64,000 bases of DNA, taken from a virus. A program made the translations under genes and the position numbers. This document shows positions 36,546-44,891 of the stretch, one piece after another. Position 1 is the stretch's first letter. Each line of letters opens with the position of its first letter. The stretch lies in IMG/VR virus record IMGVR_UViG_3300042924_004713, positions 32,001 to 96,000 of that record; one strand, written 5' to 3'. The notes beneath the pieces are model-generated. The model saw only the letters and a list, made by a program, of their open reading frames with translations, made no database searches and was not told the DNA's origin.

Positions 36546-36621
36546 GCGGGCGTAGCTCAGTTGGTAGAGCATTTGCCTTCCAAGCAAAATGTCGAGAGTT
36601 CGAACCTCTTCGCCCGCTCCA
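36546..36621 (+). tRNA. tRNA-Gly(TCC)
   Basis: Loop CTTCCAA, TCCA end. Confidence 0.95.
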
Positions 36622-36627
36622 GTATTA

Positions 36628-36702
36628 CCGACCGTCGTTCAATGGATAGGACATGGAGCTTCTACCTCCAGAATGTGGGTTCGATTCCTGCCGGTCGGGC
36701 CA
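36628..36702 (+). tRNA. tRNA-Arg(TCT)
   Basis: Loop CTTCTAC, GCCA end. Confidence 0.92.
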
Positions 36703-36718
36703 GTATAAAGGAAATATT

Positions 36719-36868
36719 ATGCCAATGTATGAAACCACTGTGAAGACTCCGCAGGGAGAAACCAAAGATCGTGTATGGGCAAAAGATTTACAAGAAGCAC
36801 GGCAACTGTTTGAACAGCGTCATGGTCCAAGGAATGTGCCTTATATTCCCAAGATCATACCAAGTTAG
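36719..36868 (+). CDS. Hypothetical protein
   Basis: 49 aa, AAGGA SD. Confidence 0.6.
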   Translation: MPMYETTVKTPQGETKDRVWAKDLQEARQLFEQRHGPRNVPYIPKIIPS

Positions 36869-36874
36869 TACTAT

Positions 36875-36950
36875 TGGGGATTCGCCAAGTTGGTAAGGCA
36901 GCGGATTTTGATTCCGCCATGCGGGGGTTCGAGTCCCTCATCCCCTACCA
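36875..36950 (+). tRNA. tRNA-Gln(TTG)
   Basis: Loop TTTTGAT, CCA. Confidence 0.92.
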
Positions 36951-37032
36951 TATAACCAGGAGACCAATCATGGGGCAATCGTTGTGATAGTTATGATGGT
37001 AGCATTGATTTATGTAATAGACCGGCAGTAAC

Positions 37033-37110
37033 CTCGGTGTAGCGCAGTCTGGGTAGCGCATCTGCTTTGGGAGCAGAGGGTCGGGAGTTCGAATCTCTCC
37101 ACCGAGACCA
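37033..37110 (+). tRNA. tRNA-Pro(TGG)
   Basis: Loop TTTGGGA, CCA. Confidence 0.95.
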
Positions 37111-37123
37111 ATTAAATACAAGC

Positions 37124-37360
37124 ATGTTGGTTGATCGTCATGCTTTTGTGTACACGGCCACTGTGCCGTGGCCCGCTGGAATCGTACCACAGCTGGACTG
37201 GATTCAAGGCGTTGAACTTGTGGAGTCCTGGCTGCAGACTCATGTTGGCAAACACTATGTGACCTGGGCCTGGAATGACAGTAAATCCTCATATCAACTA
37301 GGTGTGGCATTCAAGTGGGATCAAGATAGATCAATTTTTGTATTAACCTGGGCCCGTTAG
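37124..37360 (+). CDS. Hypothetical protein (stop inside tRNA-Val)
   Basis: TAAATA-N5-ATG; 78 aa. Confidence 0.6.
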   Translation: MLVDRHAFVYTATVPWPAGIVPQLDWIQGVELVESWLQTHVGKHYVTWAWNDSKSSYQLGVAFKWDQDRSIFVLTWAR

Positions 37361-37424
37361 TTTAATGGTAGAACTCCGTCTTTACACGGCGGTTACGGCA
37401 GTTCGATTCTGTCACGGGCTACCA
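37351..37424 (+). tRNA. tRNA-Val(TAC)
   Basis: Loop TTTACAC, CCA. Confidence 0.9.
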
Positions 37425-37426
37425 AG

Positions 37427-37502
37427 GCCGACTAAGCTAATCTAGTGAAAGCATGTGTCTGAAGAACACGAGAGCCTGGAGCGTAACCAGGAGTCGGCAC
37501 CA
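37427..37502 (+). tRNA. tRNA-Phe(GAA)
   Basis: Loop CTGAAGA; atypical T-loop AGCGTAA. Confidence 0.85.
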
Positions 37503-37565
37503 TTTCCTTGGCAAAATATAGAATAAATGTTGCAGTGCAATAAATATCCTATATACAAAAAGGAA

Positions 37566-37739
37566 ATGACCATGTCGCAGCTTATAACACATATATTAGA
37601 ACGTTTGAGTGAAATGTTTCCCGAAGAAAGCTATCAGAGTCGTCTGGAAAACTACATCATCAGTAGAGATCCAAAGACTGCTTCGGACATTGAAAAGTTT
37701 GAAAGAGAATTCACCTACGGTTCTAATAGGACTCTTTGA
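37566..37739 (+). CDS. Hypothetical protein (DUF3563-like)
   Basis: LERLSEMF..YQSRLENYI..DIE. Confidence 0.55.
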   Translation: MTMSQLITHILERLSEMFPEESYQSRLENYIISRDPKTASDIEKFEREFTYGSNRTL

Positions 37740-37834
37740 TATGTGGCATCGTATCATAAGCGCAGTTATTGATTATCGTCAACGCCAGGCAGATCTATAT
37801 CTGCGCTGCTTAATTTCAACAATTTAAAAACAAA

Positions 37835-37914
37835 GCCCCGGTGGTGGAATGGTAGACACGCTAGTCTTAGGAACTAGTCTTCGGGTGCGAGTTCGAGTCT
37901 CGCCTGGGGCACCA
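37835..37914 (+). tRNA. tRNA-Leu(TAG)
   Basis: Loop CTTAGGA, short variable arm, CCA. Confidence 0.92.
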
Positions 37915-37921
37915 TAATTCT

Positions 37922-37998
37922 GCGGATGTGACGGAACAGGTATACGTATCGGACTTAAAATCCGAGTTTTGAGGGTTCGAGTCCCTCCATCCGTACCA
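37922..37998 (+). tRNA. tRNA-Leu(TAA)
   Basis: Loop CTTAAAA, no long variable arm, CCA. Confidence 0.9.
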
Positions 37999-38008
37999 AG
38001 GAGTCAAC

Positions 38009-38383
38009 ATGAAAATTCTAGATCAAGATTTTAGATTTGAATGGTTTAGTTCCACTGGTGGCGGTGGACAACATCGCAACAAACATCAGAACTGTTGTCG
38101 TTGTATCCATGTGCCCACTGGCATACAGGCCAATGGCACTTCAAGTCGCAGCAGAGAAGACAATCGCAAGAATGCTCTAGCAGTGTGTCGTGCTAGAGTA
38201 CAACGACATTTTCACAAGGATACCGAACGTTATCGTGCTTCCAATGAACGTGTACGCACATATCATGAAGTAGACAATCGAGTGTATGATCATGCTTCGG
38301 GCTTGACTGACACCTATCAAAATGTCATTGTCAAGGGCAATGTTGACAAACTGATTCAAGCCCGAGCACAAGCTGTAAAATAA
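38009..38383 (+). CDS. Peptidyl-tRNA hydrolase-domain / release-factor-like protein (GGQ)
   Basis: SSTGGGGQHRNK...HVPTGI...SRSREDNR...VRTY; lacks the codon-recognition domains. Confidence 0.85.
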   Translation: MKILDQDFRFEWFSSTGGGGQHRNKHQNCCRCIHVPTGIQANGTSSRSREDNRKNALAVCRARVQRHFHKDTERYRASNERVRTYHEVDNRVYDHASGLTDTYQNVIVKGNVDKLIQARAQAVK

Positions 38384-38384
38384 A

Positions 38385-38463
38385 CTCCCTGTGGCTCAGT
38401 CTGGTCTAGAGTGCTGGTCTGGGGGACCAGAGATCGCTGGTTCGAATCCAGCCAGGGAGACCA
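38385..38463 (+). tRNA. tRNA-Pro(GGG)
   Basis: Loop CTGGGGG, CCA. Confidence 0.92.
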
Positions 38464-38466
38464 AAT

Positions 38467-38545
38467 GCCCCCATGGACAAATTGGCAAAGTCGGCTCTCT
38501 CAAAAGGAGCAGTTGTTCTCCGTTCGAATCGGAGTGGGGGTACCA
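38467..38545 (+). tRNA. tRNA-Leu(CAA)
   Basis: Loop CTCAAAA, short variable region, CCA. Confidence 0.88.
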
Positions 38546-38567
38546 AAGAAAAACCCGCCGAAGCGGG
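38546..38567 (-). terminator. Terminator of pqqA (possibly bidirectional)
   Basis: CCCGC-TTCG-GCGGG plus T-tract on the minus strand. Confidence 0.75.
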
Positions 38568-38589
38568 CTGTCTTGATCACTAACAACTA

Positions 38590-38664
38590 TTAGCGATTAG
38601 CGATATACATGGTGATTTCAAAACCAAAACGCATATCTTGTGCTGAAGGTGTAGTCCATGCCAT
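38590..38664 (-). CDS. pqqA: PQQ precursor peptide PqqA (not in the ORF track)
   Basis: MAWTTPSAQDMRFGFEITMYIANR*, W..P....R.GFE.T.Y pattern with ExxxY; AAGGAG SD; own terminator. Confidence 0.92.
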   Translation of the reverse strand: MAWTTPSAQDMRFGFEITMYIANR

Positions 38665-38796
38665 GTTAGTTCTCCTTTGATAAAATTAACATACTGCATT
38701 AGTATGTAGCTCTATTATATGGCACAGGTCATGCTGAATCTTGCGTAATCTGCACAATTATGTATAGTGATTTTCATTAAACTTTAAGGAACCAGT

Positions 38797-39324
38797 ATGC
38801 CTTGGATTCAAAACATTTCATTGAGTGAAGTAATTAGGGGACACCACTACGATCCAGGTGTAAATTCCATGCTGATACAGATAGTGGATCCCGGTGTAGA
38901 GTTTCCTGAGCCCAAATACACATTCAAGGAGCGGCATCAGTTCTTTTTTCTAGACATTGAAGCTACGGATCGTAGCATAGATGAATCCTGGCGTTGTAGT
39001 CCTGAGCAGGCCAAGCAACTAGTAGAGTGCCTGCAACACGCCTTGGCTAATTCCATGAACGTGGTTGTGCATTGCCATGCTGGAGTGTGTCGTAGCGGTG
39101 CTGTTGCAGAAGTTGGAGTACTCATGGGTTTCCAGGATACCGAAGACTTTCGCAGTCCCAATCTCTTGGTCAAGCATCTAATGATGGAAAGTCTTGGCCT
39201 GGGATATGATCCTGAGGAAAAGCACAGCATCAATGGCGTGGCTTTAGCAGAGGATTGGACCACGGACAATGAAAAGGTTTTTATTTTGGCAGATGCCAAA
39301 AAGCAACGTAGGTTGACCAAATAG
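38797..39324 (+). CDS. Protein tyrosine/dual-specificity phosphatase-like protein
   Basis: VHCHAGVCRS (CX5R). Confidence 0.85.
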   Translation: MPWIQNISLSEVIRGHHYDPGVNSMLIQIVDPGVEFPEPKYTFKERHQFFFLDIEATDRSIDESWRCSPEQAKQLVECLQHALANSMNVVVHCHAGVCRSGAVAEVGVLMGFQDTEDFRSPNLLVKHLMMESLGLGYDPEEKHSINGVALAEDWTTDNEKVFILADAKKQRRLTK

Positions 39325-39366
39325 TCCGTTGCTGTTATACTACACAATTAAAGAAAGGAGGGCCTA

Positions 39367-39930
39367 ATGCCTGCTGTTTGGTTAGTGAGTGACACACATT
39401 TTGGTCACGAAAAAACCTGCACGGTGTTCAAGCGAGCAGATGGCTCGCCACTGAGACCATTTACCAGTGCAGAAGAAATGGACGATGAAATGGTACGCCG
39501 CTGGAACGAACGTGTGAGACCCAACGACAAAGTGTATCACCTGGGTGATGTTGTGATTAATCGCAAGGCTCTTAAGACCATGGCACGCCTTAATGGTGAC
39601 AAGGTTCTTATTCGTGGAAATCATGATATCTTTCGTGATGACGAATACCGTGAATACTTTCGTGAACTACGTGCTTATCATGTGATGAACGGAATGATCC
39701 TTAGCCATATTCCAATTCACGAAGAAAGCCTGGCAAGATTTGGTACCAACATACACGGACACCTGCATGCCAATCGAGTCATGAAGAACAACGAGATTGA
39801 TGCTAGGTATCACTGCGTGTGTGTGGAGCATACAGACTTTGCACCCATACTGTTTGAAGATGTTATCAAGCGCATCACAGCAGAAGGTGGCACTATTGGC
39901 TTTCGTAATGGTAACCACGGCGTGAGTTAA
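39367..39930 (+). CDS. Calcineurin-like metallophosphoesterase
   Basis: SDTHFGH, HLGD, GNHD, HGHLH; promoter at 39313-39341. Confidence 0.9.
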   Translation: MPAVWLVSDTHFGHEKTCTVFKRADGSPLRPFTSAEEMDDEMVRRWNERVRPNDKVYHLGDVVINRKALKTMARLNGDKVLIRGNHDIFRDDEYREYFRELRAYHVMNGMILSHIPIHEESLARFGTNIHGHLHANRVMKNNEIDARYHCVCVEHTDFAPILFEDVIKRITAEGGTIGFRNGNHGVS

Positions 39931-39968
39931 ACACAGCCACAATGGTAAATAGTGTTTTAGGACACTAT

Positions 39969-40268
39969 ATGAGAACCATTGTGGCTTGCATTGCCCTGTT
40001 GACAGCAGTGGTATCTCACGCTGAAACAGTACAATCAATCTTGATCTGCGAGAGCTGGCCAGTGGTCAGAGAAGTTATTAACAACAGTGCTGAACGGCCG
40101 TTGTTACGCGGCGTATCAAATCGTGGAATCAATAACGAACTAGTTCAATTTGAAACCATTATTTTTGTCAACCCAGACTCAGGTAGTTTTACTGTGGTAG
40201 AACGCTGGAACGATGAACTGTTTTGTGTGGTGCAATCGGGCGTGAACATGCACACCTATTCTAAATAA
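39969..40268 (+). CDS. Exported hypothetical protein
   Basis: Signal peptide ...AVVSHA. Confidence 0.6.
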   Translation: MRTIVACIALLTAVVSHAETVQSILICESWPVVREVINNSAERPLLRGVSNRGINNELVQFETIIFVNPDSGSFTVVERWNDELFCVVQSGVNMHTYSK

Positions 40269-40321
40269 CACTTCAAATACCTAGGGTTGACATTAGCCCA
40301 AATTTAGTGTATACTCATTGC

Positions 40322-41323
40322 ATGCATAACCAAGATCTGCTAACTTCCTATGGCATAAACCAATCTATGTATCAACAGGTACTAGATCATATGTTCCCAC
40401 TTGACATCTATGAGTACGCAAGTAGAAAAGCCTATCTAGCAGAACGAACCAATCCCAATCGTGATCCAGGCTACGATATTCGCAATCAACAAGCATGGCA
40501 ACGTAGCTATGAAAACATCAAAGATCCCAGCTGGCCTGACTGCGCGACCCCAGATCACTTTGCAAACCTTCCACTACACATTCAACAGGAATGTATCACC
40601 CAACACGGCTTCAGCGCCGACATCTGGTTAGATCCCAATATACCTTTTGAAAAATTCCAAAGAGACCCAACCTGGCAACTTGATGCATTTGATATAGTGA
40701 GACTCAAGCTCGCATTGGTGGATAACCTTGACTCAATCAAACACAGAAAAATCATAGACTTTGGCACACATATTGGCTTGCTAGGCACTGTGTGTTTGCA
40801 CAATGATGCCGAGCACGTGATAGTCACCAACATCAAAAGTGATTGTCTAAGCATCGCTGATGAAATGCTGGCACTGAACAATCCACTGCGCCATCGTTTT
40901 CGTGCAGTGCTGAGTAACATAAACGATCTAGGAGAAACCGAAGCCTTGTGTTATGATCGCGACACAGTGATATTAGCAGCGATCATGAACATTGTTACTG
41001 ATCACTTTGGTATCATGCGTGCTATCACTCGGTCTAGACCCAAAACAATTATCATACAAAACTGGAATCCTCCTGTGATTGCCGCCCATCCAGTGCCACT
41101 GGTTTATTGGTGGTTGGAAGATGCCACTGTGGCCTGGAAAGGCTTTCATCCCACTGACATGGAAACTCGAGTGGGATGCCCAAACAAAGCTTGGTTTGAT
41201 ACCATACTGGGTGATTTTGGTTATCAGTTAAGCAAGTACACCCTGACCGACATCTCCAGTCCTTTTGCTGCGCTGTCACAGCATCAATTTGAATTCATGA
41301 CCTTGGTGTATGAGCTCAAATAA
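40322..41323 (+). CDS. Methyltransferase-fold protein
   Basis: IIDFGTHIG motif-I-like; promoter TTGACA-N17-TATACT 6 nt before the ATG. Confidence 0.6.
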   Translation: MHNQDLLTSYGINQSMYQQVLDHMFPLDIYEYASRKAYLAERTNPNRDPGYDIRNQQAWQRSYENIKDPSWPDCATPDHFANLPLHIQQECITQHGFSADIWLDPNIPFEKFQRDPTWQLDAFDIVRLKLALVDNLDSIKHRKIIDFGTHIGLLGTVCLHNDAEHVIVTNIKSDCLSIADEMLALNNPLRHRFRAVLSNINDLGETEALCYDRDTVILAAIMNIVTDHFGIMRAITRSRPKTIIIQNWNPPVIAAHPVPLVYWWLEDATVAWKGFHPTDMETRVGCPNKAWFDTILGDFGYQLSKYTLTDISSPFAALSQHQFEFMTLVYELK

Positions 41324-42857
41324 ACGAACCATTGTGATAGCCAGCTTGCCCTATCAAACTCCGGGATGGCCTGCCACGGCTCCTGCGTTGCTCAGTGCCT
41401 GTCTCAACAAAGCAGGAATCAGTGCAGTGCCAGTGGACCTGGCAGCTGAATTTGTGGCTGACTTTGTGGACAAATGCTACTGGCCAGAACTACTGTTCTA
41501 TATTAGTCAGGGTCCTAATCCAGATCGCAAACTGCCAAGACGTGTGTTTATTGATATACTAAAATGGAATAGACGCAAACTCTTGCAGATCAAACGCGAC
41601 TATGATCCAGACATCATGGGTTTGAGTGTGTTCAGTGTGATGAGTGAAACCTATCTTACCTTGATGTGCTACAGTATTAGAAGGTGGTTGCCGGGCGTAA
41701 AAATACTAGCAGGTGGTCGAGGTCTAGAAATTCTCACACAGGGAGAATACACCGGTGATACACATGCCACTGGCAGCAGAGCACGTTGGCTTGTTGAACA
41801 AGGCATGATTGACTGTGCTGTTACTGGAGATGCAGAAAGCTTTATAATCGACGTAATCAAACAAGACTTATATGGAGTTGTAGATTCACCGCCGCAGACA
41901 TCTGCTGATTTAAATCAGGTTCCTATACCAGACTGGGACAATTATGATTTTGATCTATATCAAAGATTTAATCCATCAGATCGTTATCTACTGATCACAG
42001 ACAGCAAAGGTTGTGTGCGTCGATGCACATTCTGTGATGTTGAGCATCTATGGCCCCGGTATATTTTTAAAGATGGCGAGCTCTTGGCAAAAGAAATGAT
42101 TGAAAGTTATCATCGCACTGGTATTGACTTTTTTAGATTCAGTGGTAACTTGATAAACGGTAGTATACCAAACTATCGCAAAATGAATCAGTATCTAGCT
42201 GATCACTTGCCTCGTACTCTACGCTACAGTGGTTACGCTATATTTCGTGGCAGAGAAAATCAGCCACCTAAAGATTTTGAACTAGCAGGACGTGCAGGTT
42301 GCCTTGAATGGATCATTGGTGTTGAAAGTGGCAGTGAACGCATACGATATGACATGCGCAAGAAGTTCAGTAACGCAGACATAGACTACACTGCCAATCA
42401 ACTACACGACAATGGTATCAACCAGGTATGGTTATTCATGGCTGGCTACCCCATGGAAACCGAAGAAGACTTTGAACAAACGCTTAACCTACTGCGCAAA
42501 TATCGCCATTGGGCCCGAGATGGTAGTTTGCGTGTGGCAATTTCATCGCCATTTACGCTGGGTGATCAAGTGCCATTGACCAATGATGACCGACTACGCA
42601 ACTACTATCACTTTGAACGTGAGCAAGTGGTCAAAGGTTGGAGTCATATTTTTTGGCACACACCAACCAATCCAGACAACACATATGAAACACGTTTTCA
42701 CCGTTATAGAAGATTTCTAGAACTGCAACAGGAACTGGGTTTTGGAGACCGTGACGGGCAAGAAGCAGATCGTATGTTAAGAGAACAGCAGGAAGTATAT
42801 GAACAATATCTTGAAGCCAAAAAATCTAAAAAAACTTTCGCTATACGCAAGATCTAA
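41310..42857 (+). CDS. B12-binding radical SAM protein
   Basis: KILAGG, GDAE, SKGCVRRCTFC, GVESGSE, GYPMETEEDF. Confidence 0.88.
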   Translation: MSSNKRTIVIASLPYQTPGWPATAPALLSACLNKAGISAVPVDLAAEFVADFVDKCYWPELLFYISQGPNPDRKLPRRVFIDILKWNRRKLLQIKRDYDPDIMGLSVFSVMSETYLTLMCYSIRRWLPGVKILAGGRGLEILTQGEYTGDTHATGSRARWLVEQGMIDCAVTGDAESFIIDVIKQDLYGVVDSPPQTSADLNQVPIPDWDNYDFDLYQRFNPSDRYLLITDSKGCVRRCTFCDVEHLWPRYIFKDGELLAKEMIESYHRTGIDFFRFSGNLINGSIPNYRKMNQYLADHLPRTLRYSGYAIFRGRENQPPKDFELAGRAGCLEWIIGVESGSERIRYDMRKKFSNADIDYTANQLHDNGINQVWLFMAGYPMETEEDFEQTLNLLRKYRHWARDGSLRVAISSPFTLGDQVPLTNDDRLRNYYHFEREQVVKGWSHIFWHTPTNPDNTYETRFHRYRRFLELQQELGFGDRDGQEADRMLREQQEVYEQYLEAKKSKKTFAIRKI

Positions 42858-43215
42858 AGGCAATCCAGATGCTATTCAATGGCGAGTGCTGGGAGATCCC
42901 ATGCTTTCAGTTGTGATTGAACCCGGCCTAACAAGATTTGACTTTGAACACAATACCCAATCAATATCTAGCATAGGCATAGAAGTCATAGAAAGAACAG
43001 ACACAGAAAGCGCAGTCGTAGTTGAACTGATAGAACTGGGAGGAGAACCACTTAGAGATCTAGATCACTTTTGTGTATACCGATTACGCAAGGGTGGCAT
43101 CAAACGCAGTTATGGGTATCTTGACGAGCCCGGAGTGTGCATGTTCAAAATAAGATTTGACAGTGTTGCACACAACTTTTTGCTGTACAGCATGCAGGAT
43201 GTCAAGTATCAATGA
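42799..43215 (+). CDS. Hypothetical protein
   Basis: ORF downstream of the radical SAM gene; start uncertain. Confidence 0.5.
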   Translation: MNNILKPKNLKKLSLYARSKGNPDAIQWRVLGDPMLSVVIEPGLTRFDFEHNTQSISSIGIEVIERTDTESAVVVELIELGGEPLRDLDHFCVYRLRKGGIKRSYGYLDEPGVCMFKIRFDSVAHNFLLYSMQDVKYQ

Positions 43216-43256
43216 TAGATTTTACTTAAATACACAGCAGTTTACAGGAACAACAT

Positions 43257-43484
43257 ATGAACATGGATCAAGCGGCCTTTTTTCTGGCCTCGAGTATATT
43301 AATTTCAATTACCTCTATTGTGCTTGCAGGGGCTATATTGATAATCAACAACCTAGTTGCAAAATATTGGAAATCATGGGGATGGAAAATAGTCCCATTT
43401 GACGACACAAATGTGCGTTATATAACCAAAGAAGACGCTGAAAAAGTTCGTGCGGCAAAAGAGCAAGAAGCCAAGGCAAAATAA
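43257..43484 (+). CDS. Small membrane protein
   Basis: One transmembrane helix, AGGA SD. Confidence 0.65.
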   Translation: MNMDQAAFFLASSILISITSIVLAGAILIINNLVAKYWKSWGWKIVPFDDTNVRYITKEDAEKVRAAKEQEAKAK

Positions 43485-43487
43485 TGT

Positions 43488-44072
43488 ATGATCGTCTATA
43501 TACACGGGGCTAGTGCCACTGCTGAAAGCTTCACACATATCAGACAGTTTGTAAGAGATCAATTCGAAGAACCAGACATCATGCTGGAATATCGAAGTGA
43601 AGATGGGTTTGATCATAACTTACAGACCATGATGGGCACACTTGATGATGCTGAAAGACTGTTTTTTGTCAGTCATAGCCTTGGTGGTATCTACAGCTTG
43701 TATCTGGCTGATCATTATCGCGAGACCACTCGCGGTGGCGTGAGTCTAAGCACACCTTATGGTGGTAGCGAGCAAGCTGACTTTGCCAAGTATTTTTTGC
43801 CTTTCAGTAGACTTATGAAAGACATTGGAACAATGAGTGCACCAATGATGGATAGCCAAAAAATCGCAGCGCCTCCAAATTGGACTCAAATTGTTACTAC
43901 CAAAGGACAAAGTCCTTGGATCAAAGAGCCCAATGATGGTGTTGTGACTATCAAGAGCATGCGCAGTAGACAGGACTTTGAACTTATTGAGATGCCTCTT
44001 AATCACTACGAAGTGGTGTTGAGTAACCAAGTGGTCAACATCATACTTGACAAGATTGGTCAATCATTGTAA
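43488..44072 (+). CDS. Alpha/beta hydrolase
   Basis: YIHG, SHSLGG, STPYGGS, NDGVV, NH. Confidence 0.85.
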   Translation: MIVYIHGASATAESFTHIRQFVRDQFEEPDIMLEYRSEDGFDHNLQTMMGTLDDAERLFFVSHSLGGIYSLYLADHYRETTRGGVSLSTPYGGSEQADFAKYFLPFSRLMKDIGTMSAPMMDSQKIAAPPNWTQIVTTKGQSPWIKEPNDGVVTIKSMRSRQDFELIEMPLNHYEVVLSNQVVNIILDKIGQSL

Positions 44073-44084
44073 AGTGTATTAAAT

Positions 44085-44234
44085 ATGATAGTCTGTGTAT
44101 GTAGAAATATCCGTGAATCAGATTTTCAAACCAAAGAAGAATTGGTTAAACGCATCATGGAATTGGATCACAACTGTGGACAGTGTCAGCAATACTGCGA
44201 ACAGCTAAAAGAATTGTTGTATGAAGCAAACTGA
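44085..44234 (+). CDS. BFD-like [2Fe-2S] ferredoxin (not in the ORF track)
   Basis: MIVCVCRNI...NCGQC, 49 aa. Confidence 0.65.
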   Translation: MIVCVCRNIRESDFQTKEELVKRIMELDHNCGQCQQYCEQLKELLYEAN

Positions 44235-44557
44235 AAAGGGTTCTGGACGCGGGTTCGACTCCCGCCTGGTCCACCATAAGGAGATTGTATGCCAGTAGAC
44301 ATGTACTACTATACCGAAAGCGAATGGAACAGATTGGGCTGCGGCCCACTGCCTCCAGAACGCAACATACTTAATCGTCAGTCTCTTTATGATGGGCCAG
44401 ACATGGTTTCGACAGGGTCAAGAGTAGGCAAGCAGACAACACGAGAGTCGACTGACGTAATCAGCGAAACATAGTAACTGCAAACGCAGCTAACGACGAG
44501 GTATTCGCTCTCGCAGCGTAACCTCCGGGGCAGTTATGCCTTGTAACCCAAAATAGC
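44212..44557 (+). ncRNA. ssrA: Circularly permuted two-piece tmRNA
   Basis: Acceptor piece ends GGTTCGACTCCCGCCTGGTCCACCA (44276); coding piece starts GGGCCAGACATGGTTTCGAC (44394); G3:U70; tag ANAANDEVFALAA* at 44480-44521; 5' boundary approximate. Confidence 0.92.
44289..44474 (+). CDS. Possible small ORF starting in the tmRNA intervening segment
   Basis: AAGGAG SD; MPVDMYYYTESEWNRLGCGPLPPER... Confidence 0.4.
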   Translation: MPVDMYYYTESEWNRLGCGPLPPERNILNRQSLYDGPDMVSTGSRVGKQTTRESTDVISET

Positions 44558-44580
44558 AAGCCCGCTTCGGCGGGCTTTTT
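44558..44580 (+). terminator. Intrinsic terminator
   Basis: AAGCCCGC-TTCG-GCGGGCTTTTT. Confidence 0.9.
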
Positions 44581-44597
44581 CATGAATAAATATCAGT

Positions 44598-44798
44598 ATG
44601 TGGATATTGATCATCAGCATGTATTTGGCACAACCTTTGGGACAGACCCAAAGCAAAGGCATTATTCAAGCACCACAACCTGACTATGAAAGCTGTATAC
44701 GTGAACGTGACCGTATAAGAGCCACTTGGTATACAGAGGGATACAAGGTTAGCCCTCGCTGCGTCTACGTCAAACACTATAACTCCCGCGGCATGTAA
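44598..44798 (+). CDS. Small exported hypothetical protein
   Basis: TAAATA-N5-ATG; two Cys. Confidence 0.6.
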   Translation: MWILIISMYLAQPLGQTQSKGIIQAPQPDYESCIRERDRIRATWYTEGYKVSPRCVYVKHYNSRGM

Positions 44799-44821
44799 TT
44801 TAATTTCTCCAAACTGCCATT

Positions 44822-44850
44822 TTGTAACACAGTTGTAATACCATTGTGTT
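44822..44850 (+). promoter_or_regulatory. Putative Pho box
   Basis: TTGTAAC-N4-TTGTAAT-N4-TTGTGTT, 11-bp period, upstream of pstS. Confidence 0.6.
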
Positions 44851-44891
44851 TAAATATTCTTTGTGCATTGCACACAAAATGGAGATTACAC

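Noticed and set aside
35192-37998. tRNAs with TGA, TAG and TAA anticodons as suppressors, implying genetic code reassignment
   Set aside because: These anticodons read UCA, CUA and UUA. No CTA, TTA or TCA anticodon was found, and conserved genes are intact under code 11.
32182-38593. ORF-track entries overlapping tRNAs and ncRNAs (e.g. 32417, 32943, 34126, 34643, 34762, 36480, 36945, 38391, 38411)
   Set aside because: They are translations of tRNA cloverleaves or their antisense, with no SD and no protein-like character.
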